DNA of 64,000 nucleotides from an uncultured Chroococcidiopsis sp. (lineage in GTDB: Bacteria; Cyanobacteriota; Cyanobacteriia; Cyanobacteriales; Chroococcidiopsidaceae): contig CAXTYC010000003.1 of NCBI GenBank assembly GCA_964248365.1, positions 64,001-128,000 on the forward strand, given 5' to 3'. The position numbers were made by a program, and so were the translations under genes. The notes beneath the pieces are model-generated. The model did not search any database and was not told where the DNA came from. It saw only the letters and a list, made by a program, of their open reading frames with translations. Positions 35,477 through 43,580 of the stretch are shown here, in pieces. How positions within the stretch are numbered: the stretch's first letter is position 1; every line of letters begins with the position of its first letter.

Positions 35477-35671
35477 TTATTTAAGCGACAGCTTATAACT
35501 AACAGCTTCATCTGCATGAACCGATTGCTGTAGAGACGTTGTATGCAATCTCTCTACACTAGGCGACGATTTCAAAGATGTTACCGGAGTAGCATGAATA
35601 ATGCTAGCAGTGGCAAGGGAAAGCATAAAACCACCAGCAGCAGCAGCAATTAAGAAAAGAGGATCTTTCAT
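35477..35671 (-). CDS. Small hypothetical membrane or secreted protein
   Basis: ATG ORF with hydrophobic N-terminus, co-oriented with neighbours. Confidence 0.5.
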   Translation of the reverse strand: MKDPLFLIAAAAGGFMLSLATASIIHATPVTSLKSSPSVERLHTTSLQQSVHADEAVSYKLSLK

Positions 35672-35859
35672 CGAAATTTTTTAACCAGAAACACAGCTAT
35701 ACAAAGATAACCGAATTAGCGACAAGTGGCTGGCAAAACCAGAGGAACCAGAGGAACCAGAGGCTAGGGAAAGGGAAAGGGTAAAGGGTAAAGGTAATTT
35801 CCCCCCTGCCCCTCTGCCCCCTTGCTGTCATAACAAAGAATTTAGAACACACAACGAGA

Positions 35860-36780
35860 TCAAGGAGGTGTCTGATTCCAATTATCGCGCCGCAAACGAG
35901 GATTGACAAATTCATTCAAACCCTCACCTAGCAAGGATAGCCCTACAACCATTAAAGTCATCGCTAAACCTGGAAACAAAGCCGTCCACCATATCCCAGT
36001 AGGTAGTGCTTCCAAAGCTCCGCGCAGATCGTGTCCCCATTCTGGCACTTGTTCCGGCAATCCTAAACCCAGGAAACCCAAACCGCCTAATGTCAAAATA
36101 GCATCGGCAGCATTCAGGGTGAATAACACAGGTACACTCTGAATTACATTTAAAAATAGATAGCGAGTCAGCACTCGCCAAGTAGAAGCACCCATTGCTT
36201 GGGCGGCTTCGATAAACAATTCAGTTTTGACGCTAACCGTGTGATTTCGGACAACGCGGTAATATTGGGGAATGTAGGCAATGCTAATAGCGATCGCAGC
36301 ATTCAAAATTCCCCTTCCCACCACAAACGCCAGCGTCACCGACAGCAACAGCCCTGGCAAAGTGTAGATACTATCCATCAAAAACAACAACACGCGATCG
36401 AGTCTACCACTCAGATAACCACTCACCAAACCCAACGGCACACCAATCACAACACTAAAAGCCGTCGCCAATATCACCACTTGCAGCGCAGCCCCACTAC
36501 CAAACAGCGTCCGCGAAAACACATCATAACCTGCGCGACTCGTACCAAACCAATGACTCCACGAGGGCGGCTCGTGGATAGGATTAATTAAAGACTGAGT
36601 GGGATTTTGCAGCCAGCCCCAAGCTTGAAACACGGGAGACAGAATTGCTATACACAAAAAAATGAGGGTAATAGCTAAACCTACCCCCATTAATTGTAGA
36701 GAAAGACTAGGACGACCAGAAAAACTAAGAAACCTGGGTTTTTGACGTTTTGTAACAGCCATAAGCGATCGCCCTACCAA
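35860..36780 (-). CDS. Peptide ABC transporter permease (DppC/OppC)
   Basis: HWFGT..GYDVFSR, EAAQAMGA loop, LGFLGLG..PEWG. Confidence 0.92.
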   Translation of the reverse strand: MVGRSLMAVTKRQKPRFLSFSGRPSLSLQLMGVGLAITLIFLCIAILSPVFQAWGWLQNPTQSLINPIHEPPSWSHWFGTSRAGYDVFSRTLFGSGAALQVVILATAFSVVIGVPLGLVSGYLSGRLDRVLLFLMDSIYTLPGLLLSVTLAFVVGRGILNAAIAISIAYIPQYYRVVRNHTVSVKTELFIEAAQAMGASTWRVLTRYLFLNVIQSVPVLFTLNAADAILTLGGLGFLGLGLPEQVPEWGHDLRGALEALPTGIWWTALFPGLAMTLMVVGLSLLGEGLNEFVNPRLRRDNWNQTPP

Positions 36781-37007
36781 GACTTGATACGCTGACCATT
36801 CTTACACCAATTGTGACCAAAAAAAGGTAACAGCCACCCATGCCCACCTTACTATTTATGAATTATGAATGATGAATAATAAATTATAAATTCAACATTC
36901 ACTATGGTGGGCATGGGTGGCATACTATTTTCCTAACGTTTAACTTTTGAGTTCACACTTGATACTTCACACTTCATCCTTTCTCTCGCCCCAGCCAAAG
37001 CCCCTAA

Positions 37008-38375
37008 TTACAGATAACTCTCAATCAACTGGCGGTACTGACTCTTTGGCTTAATACCTTTAGATTCAGCCAACAACTCCTTATCCTTGAAAAACTGAAT
37101 TGTAGGCGTTCCAGTTACACCAGCATTCACAGCAATCTCTTGATCTTGGGCGATATCAATCTCGACAAAGTGAATTTTGCCGTCAAACTCATCCACTACT
37201 TTATTCAATATTGGCTTAAGAGTGTGGCAAGGTCCACAACCTGGGGAGACATATTTTACTATTAGTAGGCGATCGCTCTCATGAAATAGCTTGCGCAAAG
37301 CATAGCCACCATGATGGCGCGTCATATTCACATCAAATTCAGGCTGCACCGTCTGCTCTGGTTGATGCTCCAATTCATTATCTGGAGTCTCAGCCTTTTG
37401 ATGAAATTCTTGAATCAGTCCATTCACCGACAGCCACCGTTCTGCCAACATCGCCGCCATACAACCCGTACCAGCAGCAGTGATCGCTTGACGATATTCG
37501 TGATCCTGCACGTCACCAGCTGCAAACACGCCTTCTACACTGGTTTCCACAGAACCTGGTTTCGTCACAACATAACCCACATCATCCAGCTCTATCTGTC
37601 CCTCAAATAGAGATGTATTTGGTTTGTGACCGATCGCGTAGAATAAACCCTTAACGTGCAGTTCGCTTTGTTCACCTGTTTTGGTATTGCGGATATGCAC
37701 TCCTTCCATGTGGTTGTCATTACCAAACACATCTACAGGCTCACTATTCCAGTGAACACGAATTCTGGGGTTACTCAAAACTCGATCTTGCATGGCTTTA
37801 CTCGCCCGCATCTTGTCGCCACGCACCAGCAAATTCACCTGATCGCCATACTTTGTCAGGTATATCGCCTCTTCCGCCGCCGAGTCACCGCCCCCTACTA
37901 CAGCTAATTCTGCACCGTGAAAAATCGGCGTAGCTCCATCACAAATCGCACACGCTGAAATTCCTCGGCTCCAAAACTGCCCTTCACAAGGTAGCCCCAA
38001 ACGCTTGGCTGTTGCTCCCGTAGCAATTACAATACTGTTTGTCTTAATCTCCCGATCTTCAGAACGAACAGTAAAAGGACGCTGGCTAAGGTCAACTTCA
38101 ATCACATCCTCAGTGTACAATTCAGCCCCCCAGCGCTCCGCCTGAGCCTTCATTTTATCCATCAGGTGGGGTCCAGTAATACCTTGGGGAAAACCAGGGA
38201 AATTCTCTACCTCAGTCGTCGTCATCAACTGCCCACCTGGTAAACCCCCCGCTTGATAGCCTTCAAACACAATCGGTTTAAGATTAGCTCTAGCCGCATA
38301 TATTGCAGCTGTATAACCTGCTGGACCAGAACCAATAATCACTAAGTTCTCTACGGTGGGAGTAGTCATAGGCAT
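37008..38375 (-). CDS. ntrC: NADPH-thioredoxin reductase C (NTR fused to thioredoxin)
   Basis: [20 protein letters not shown]-terminal CGPC thioredoxin domain. Confidence 0.93.
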   Translation of the reverse strand: MPMTTPTVENLVIIGSGPAGYTAAIYAARANLKPIVFEGYQAGGLPGGQLMTTTEVENFPGFPQGITGPHLMDKMKAQAERWGAELYTEDVIEVDLSQRPFTVRSEDREIKTNSIVIATGATAKRLGLPCEGQFWSRGISACAICDGATPIFHGAELAVVGGGDSAAEEAIYLTKYGDQVNLLVRGDKMRASKAMQDRVLSNPRIRVHWNSEPVDVFGNDNHMEGVHIRNTKTGEQSELHVKGLFYAIGHKPNTSLFEGQIELDDVGYVVTKPGSVETSVEGVFAAGDVQDHEYRQAITAAGTGCMAAMLAERWLSVNGLIQEFHQKAETPDNELEHQPEQTVQPEFDVNMTRHHGGYALRKLFHESDRLLIVKYVSPGCGPCHTLKPILNKVVDEFDGKIHFVEIDIAQDQEIAVNAGVTGTPTIQFFKDKELLAESKGIKPKSQYRQLIESYL

Positions 38376-38686
38376 TAAACAAACTCATAACGACTACGTT
38401 TAGCATAACATAAAAAATCATGCAAGTAGGGTGCGTTACTAACTTGGCACACGCTCGCGCGATCGCCCCAACCCTTTTCATATAGCCCCCCTTTGATCCT
38501 CCTTCCGTCAGAGTTTTAAAGGGGGAAACTCTTGTCAGGGAAGCTATTAATATTAGGGAGATAGGGCAGATCATAGCCCCCCTTTTTAAGGGGGGATGGG
38601 GGGATCAGACTCGTTTCCAGGCATCGCTGTGGAAACGAGAAATTCGAGGCTCAGCCTCGCGTTGGCTGCTAGTGCAAGATCTCAAT

Positions 38687-39262
38687 TCAAGCAAAAATAC
38701 GGGACAAATCTAGCACGAAACCTGGCAACACGTCTTCTCCAGACAAACTGGTGGGCGATTGTAACACTACAACGGATTGACCAAGACGATAGATCAGGGC
38801 AGTGCGATCGCCAGGATTGATCAGCCAACCCAACCGACAGCCGTTATCTACGTACTCCCGCATCTTCGCTTGTAGCTCCTCAAGAGTGTCGGTAGGCGAT
38901 CTCAGTTCTACCACGAAATCAGGACACAAGGGTGGGTAGCCATCTTTTTGCTTTTGGGTGAGAGCATCCCAACGTTCTCGTGACACCCAAGACGCATCAG
39001 GAGAGCGTTTAGCACCACTGGGGAGGATAAAAAGTGTTGAGGAATCAAAGCCTTCCCCTAAATCTAGATTCTCCTCAACCCAATTTCCAAACTGTCTTGA
39101 TAGAGAGAGATTTTTGCTTCCAGATCTCCCTCCTGTTGGTGGCACTACAATTAATTCTCCTTCTGCTGTTTGTTCAAAATTCCAATCTGGATTAGCTCGA
39201 ACGATCCGCTCGAAGTCTGCATCCTTTAGCTTCAGTGCGTGTATAGTTAGGCTGCTGTGCAT
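38687..39262 (-). CDS. Uma2/DUF820 family endonuclease-like protein
   Basis: GELIVVPP, RSPDASW, CPDFVVELRSPTD, LGWLINP, GEDVLPGF. Confidence 0.92.
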   Translation of the reverse strand: MHSSLTIHALKLKDADFERIVRANPDWNFEQTAEGELIVVPPTGGRSGSKNLSLSRQFGNWVEENLDLGEGFDSSTLFILPSGAKRSPDASWVSRERWDALTQKQKDGYPPLCPDFVVELRSPTDTLEELQAKMREYVDNGCRLGWLINPGDRTALIYRLGQSVVVLQSPTSLSGEDVLPGFVLDLSRIFA

Positions 39263-39287
39263 CTACTCCCCCTGTGTCTATCCCAGA

Positions 39288-39397
39288 CAAAATGCAGTTA
39301 TTTCCTTAGCCAATACCAGAATTACCCAAATACCGTTTCGCTTGGATGAAATAGAAACCACCATTAACAGCGATGTGGAACAAGTTTAAGCTATTTC
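39288..39397 (+). pseudogene. Fragment of a PIN toxin gene plus its downstream sequence
   Basis: AVISLANTRITQIPFRLDE matches AVIFLVNSGVVQIPFRLDE of 41196-41618; 20-bp GAACAAGTTTAAGCTATTTC is identical to 41643-41662. Confidence 0.7.
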
Positions 39398-39442
39398 ACA
39401 GCACAAGAGCGATCCCACTGGCTGTTACTACATCCAAACAAA

Positions 39443-39822
39443 GCGATGCCGAAGGCAAGAGCCTCGCTCTACGCACTTCTGCTACTAGATTCAATCAGCC
39501 GCACCCCATTTGATACATCCATATAGGCGATCGCACCCTGTTTAATATCTATTGGCGATCGCATCTTTATATATATAAATGATCGCACTTTGTCTAATAA
39601 TGCTAGAGGCGATGCCGAAGGCTAGGGCGAAGCCCTACGCATTCCTGTTATAATTAGCCTCAATAGTCCGCGCAGGCGTAATTTTTCTGTGTAGACGCGA
39701 ATTATATTCGTACCACGCTCTATTTCACCAACAAGCGATGCCGAAGGCTTGGGCGAAGCCCTACGCATTCCTACCATGACATCTTACCAGGCGATACCGA
39801 AGGCAAGAGCCTCGCTCTACGC
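39443..39822. repeat. Four 24-nt small dispersed repeats inserted in HIP1 (GCGAT-24nt-CGC)
   Basis: Start at 39443, 39609, 39735 and 39791; further copies at 40654 and 40841. Confidence 0.85.
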
Positions 39823-39849
39823 ACTTTTTGCCTTTAGGGGTGGTAGCCA

Positions 39850-40269
39850 TCAGAGAAATAGACTGGGTGAGACTTTAAATCGCTCACCTAAGACTTTTGC
39901 TTGAGCTTTGCTAATCGCTCGTTTACCATTAACGATTTCTGAAACTACGCCACTAGAGCCAATTATTCCCACTAAATCGGCTTGCCGCATTCCACTTGCT
40001 GCCATCAGGTGTTGAAGAACTTCATAAGGTTTTGACTCTGGAATAGGGTGATGCTCGGACTCATACAACTCCACCAGTGTCACTAGTAGCTTGTAAAGGG
40101 TTCGTTCCTCCGCCGTGCGATTTTTAGTAAAATGCAATCGCTCCGTTAGGGCAAGAATCCGCTCGTATTCCATCTCCGTTTCAATGACTTTTGGCGCTGC
40201 TTGGGCAAGTAAATTACTGTAAGTTGCTTCATCAAAAGTAAGGGTCATTTTTCCATTTGTTTTTGTCAT
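39850..40269 (-). CDS. higA: HigA-type antitoxin (HTH); start may be 40248
   Basis: LVELYESEHHPI, RQADLVGIIGSSGVVSEIVNGKRAIS. Confidence 0.88.
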   Translation of the reverse strand: MTKTNGKMTLTFDEATYSNLLAQAAPKVIETEMEYERILALTERLHFTKNRTAEERTLYKLLVTLVELYESEHHPIPESKPYEVLQHLMAASGMRQADLVGIIGSSGVVSEIVNGKRAISKAQAKVLGERFKVSPSLFL

Positions 40270-40531
40270 ACTCGGCGTGTGTGAGAAAGTATTTGTAATA
40301 AATCGTGCTGTCTTCGTAATCGATCCCTACAATTAGGCGATATGCATTTCCTTTAATATTAAACACGGTGAAGTTGCCTACTGCTTCGGCATCTCGATAA
40401 ATGGCTCGAACCTCCTCCAAACTCCTCCATTTCGCACTTTTCACCGTCGCGTACCAGGCTTCAATTTGCTTGCTGACATCGGGATACTGAGCAACATCGG
40501 CTCGCAGTCGGCTAATGGCAATCAAGTGCAT
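40232..40531 (-). CDS. higB: HigB mRNA interferase toxin
   Basis: MHLIA, VFNIKGNAYRLI, FLTHAEYDK. Confidence 0.92.
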   Translation of the reverse strand: MHLIAISRLRADVAQYPDVSKQIEAWYATVKSAKWRSLEEVRAIYRDAEAVGNFTVFNIKGNAYRLIVGIDYEDSTIYYKYFLTHAEYDKNKWKNDPYF

Positions 40532-40959
40532 CTTGGTTCATGAAATGACAAATTCTCCTGATCAGTTGAGACCACTTCTATACTCTCAAAATGAGAGTAC
40601 TTCGGCAACCCGAATTTCACAAGTCAGATTTACGCCATTAATACGGTCACTCGGCGATGCCGAAGGCTTGGGCGAAGCCCTACGCATTCCTGTTATGATT
40701 ACGCCTCAATAGTCCGTGCAAGTAGATTTTGCCTGTCTAGACGCAAATTTAATTTCCCCCACGCTCTATTTCACCAACAGGCTCGCGCATTTTTACTTCA
40801 CCTAAAGGCGATCGCCCCCTTTGGATGGAAGGGGTGGGGGGCGATCGCACAGGCTTGGGCGAAACCCTACGCACTACATTTGATAAATCGCGCGTCTGCG
40901 ATGTGCTAGTCTCAAGCTTTGATAATAGAGTAACCATCAAATTATATAGAGACGCGCAT

Positions 40960-41196
40960 ATGAATATTGAGCAGACAGTATTAGAAAAGCTGAAAACCCT
41001 TCCAGCAGAAAAACAGCAAGAGGTGCTTGATTTTGTCGAGTTTCTCCAAAGCAAGACGCATCAGAGATCCAACACTCAAGAAAGTAAGCCAGTAGTGTCA
41101 GCTCTGACTCTTGCCCAAAAATGGGTTGGCTGTCTGGAAGGAGGACCCCCAGATCTTTCCACGAACAAAAAGTATATGGAAGGATACGGAGAGTAA
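40960..41196 (+). CDS. DUF2281-like antitoxin
   Basis: LPAEKQQEVLDFVEFL, PPDLSTNKKYMEGYG; TAATG overlap with the PIN gene. Confidence 0.8.
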   Translation: MNIEQTVLEKLKTLPAEKQQEVLDFVEFLQSKTHQRSNTQESKPVVSALTLAQKWVGCLEGGPPDLSTNKKYMEGYGE

Positions 41197-41618
41197 TGCG
41201 ACGGCAGGTTTTGCTAGATACGGGTCTCATTGTTGCTTTTCTCAAACGACAAGATCAATTTCATAGCTGGATAACACAAGAATGGGCAACTATCGAACCA
41301 CCTCTGTTAACTTGTGATGCGGTGATTTCTGAAGCTTGTTTTCTGTTGCGTAATGTCTGTAAAGGTAAACAAGCGGTTATTTTCCTAGTCAATAGTGGAG
41401 TAGTTCAGATCCCCTTTCGCTTGGATGAAGAAGCTGGTTTAATTAATGAACTGCTGACTCGCTACCAATCTGTACCGATGTCTGTAGCTGATGCGTGTCT
41501 CGTTCGGATGAGTGAGCAATACGGGGAAAGTATGTTGTTAACTCTCGATAGTGATTTCAGAATTTATCAAAAAAATAGGAATCAAATAATTCCTATAATT
41601 ATGCCCAAAGATATATAG
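41196..41618 (+). CDS. PIN-domain (VapC-like) toxin
   Basis: VLLDTG, VISEACFLL, MSVADACLV, TLDSDFRIY. Confidence 0.9.
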   Translation: MRRQVLLDTGLIVAFLKRQDQFHSWITQEWATIEPPLLTCDAVISEACFLLRNVCKGKQAVIFLVNSGVVQIPFRLDEEAGLINELLTRYQSVPMSVADACLVRMSEQYGESMLLTLDSDFRIYQKNRNQIIPIIMPKDI

Positions 41619-41966
41619 ACAGATACCTAAAAAAGTGTGGTAGAACAAGTTTAAGCTATTTCTAGAAGCGCGATCGCCCCCCACCCCTTCCATCCAAAGG
41701 GGGCGATCGCCCCCACCCTCTTCATATAGCCCCCCTTAAAAAGGGGGGTTGGGGGGATCTAACACGCGATCGCTTTTGCTTTGTAAACCTACTGCGATCG
41801 CTAAAGCCGATCTGCTTGAGGACACGCGGAAAATCATACAGCTTATTCTCTCGCAAGAGAGGACGAAATAGTTAGCCGTAGTTGATACGAAAACTAGCAA
41901 AGATGGGTAGCCTACATCTAGCAGCTAAGAATTCTTCAACTATCCTTTCACAAGCAGATTGTAAGC

Positions 41967-42506
41967 ATGAAAACGGAACCGAAAGTTAAGTTCCTGCAAC
42001 ACCTATACCAAAAAAAGCAGGACGAAGGTTTCACGCTAATTGAACTACTTGTGGTCGTTATCATCATCGGCATTTTATCTGCGATCGCTCTACCCAACTT
42101 CTTTAACCAGGCTGCTAAAGCCAAACAATCTGAAGCTAAACAAAATATTGGTATTGTCAACCGTACTCAAATTGCCCATCGAACTGAAAATAACCAGTTT
42201 GCTGCTAGCTTTGATGCTTTAGCGCTTGGTACGCTCACAGGTAGTAGCACCACAACCACTACTAATTATTCGTACACAATTGCTGGTGATGTTGATACAG
42301 CTACCATTATTGCCACAGCTAGGGATGCCTCCCTCAAAGCTTATTCTGGTGGTAACAGTAGGGATACTACCGTCTCCAACGATACTGTAATTGCTAGTAT
42401 CATTTGTGAGGCAAATACTCCAGGTACAGCAGCGGCTAGCGTACCTATAGTTAATAATACCGCAGCTCCTACTTGTCCTAGTGACTACAGGAAGCTTAAC
42501 CCGTAG
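41967..42506 (+). CDS. Type IV pilin (pilin-like G/H family)
   Basis: Class III signal EG|FTLIELLVV, KAKQSEAK, C-terminal Cys pair. Confidence 0.92.
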   Translation: MKTEPKVKFLQHLYQKKQDEGFTLIELLVVVIIIGILSAIALPNFFNQAAKAKQSEAKQNIGIVNRTQIAHRTENNQFAASFDALALGTLTGSSTTTTTNYSYTIAGDVDTATIIATARDASLKAYSGGNSRDTTVSNDTVIASIICEANTPGTAAASVPIVNNTAAPTCPSDYRKLNP

Positions 42507-42863
42507 GGTGGGCATTGCCCACCATTATCCCAAACCGTTTTGCCACCCATGCCCACCATTATCCCACCATTATCAGATTTGGTGGGCTACTAGATCATCT
42601 ACTGTTCACCAATGATGCTCGGATTGGCTATATAGTAGTTTTTACTCTCAGCTAGAGAGATTGCTTCCTCAACTACCCTCTCGGACAATAGCAATCTAGC
42701 TAATTGCGCTTGGTGTGCGATCGCCTTCACCGCTTTGAGCAAAGAATAATTAATAATTTACCGTACTTTTACCATGTAGCTTTATAATCTTTTAACTATA
42801 ACTGACTTAGGCAAGTATATTTACTGAATTTTGATAGTATGTGACATGATTTGATTTGGATGG

Positions 42864-42870
42864 GGGTAAG
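42864..42870 (+). promoter_or_regulatory. Group 3 sigma (SigF-type) -10 element GGGTAAG
   Basis: Matches the motif described for cyanobacterial pilA1 promoters; about 55 bp before the ATG. Confidence 0.55.
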
Positions 42871-42925
42871 TTACTTGTAACAAGCAAATAGAGCCACGCT
42901 TTACCCCCTCAAGGAGACTACTCTC

Positions 42926-43471
42926 ATGAAAACCGAACTGAAAGCTAAATTCCTACAACACCTGCTAAATAAGAAAAAGGAAAACGAAGGCTTTACCCTA
43001 ATTGAATTGCTCGTCGTCGTCATTATCATCGGAATTCTAGCTGCTATTGCTCTGCCAAACTTCCTCAACCAGACTGCTAAAGCTAAGCAATCAGAAGCTA
43101 AACAAAATATCGGTGTAGTCAACCGCGCTCAAACTGGATATCGGACTGAAAATTCTAGCTTTGCTAGCACCTTCGATCAGTTAGCTATTGGTTCGCTCAC
43201 AGGTAGTGCTAGCGCTAGCACTGGCAACTATTCGTATGCAATTACTGGTAATACGGATACTGCTAACATAATTGCAACAGCTAAAGACACATCCCTTAAA
43301 GGCTATATGGGTGGAAGTACTAAGTGGACTAATGGTTCCAATCAAAGCGTAATTTCTAGCGTCATATGCGAAAACAACACTCCTGGTACAACCGGTCCAT
43401 CAGGAATTAATACTACCAATACTGCTGCTCCTACTTGTCCTACTACAGGTTATACCACCTTGGGTCAATAG
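42926..43471 (+). CDS. pilA: Major type IV pilin PilA
   Basis: MKTELKAKFLQHL...EG|FTLIELLVV; AAGGAG RBS; Ser/Thr-rich globular part. Confidence 0.9.
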   Translation: MKTELKAKFLQHLLNKKKENEGFTLIELLVVVIIIGILAAIALPNFLNQTAKAKQSEAKQNIGVVNRAQTGYRTENSSFASTFDQLAIGSLTGSASASTGNYSYAITGNTDTANIIATAKDTSLKGYMGGSTKWTNGSNQSVISSVICENNTPGTTGPSGINTTNTAAPTCPTTGYTTLGQ

Positions 43472-43580
43472 AATAGCTATATTTCTGTCTTTTTCTAAGC
43501 CTGGTGTCTACAAAAGAAAGTCCTATGAGCTAACATAAATAGTCTTTCTAGATACCTCTTAGCTAATAAATCATAAAAAA

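Noticed and set aside
38958..39389. 143-aa plus-strand ORF
   Set aside because: Mostly antisense to Uma2; only its 3' end is a PIN remnant
39443..39822. CRISPR-like array of ~32-bp palindromic repeats
   Set aside because: Spacing is irregular (about 24-135 bp), repeats fall into two subtypes, no cas genes are present, and each is a 24-nt insert in HIP1
41840..41875. Hammerhead ribozyme suggested by GAGGACGAAA
   Set aside because: No CTGANGA core found upstream
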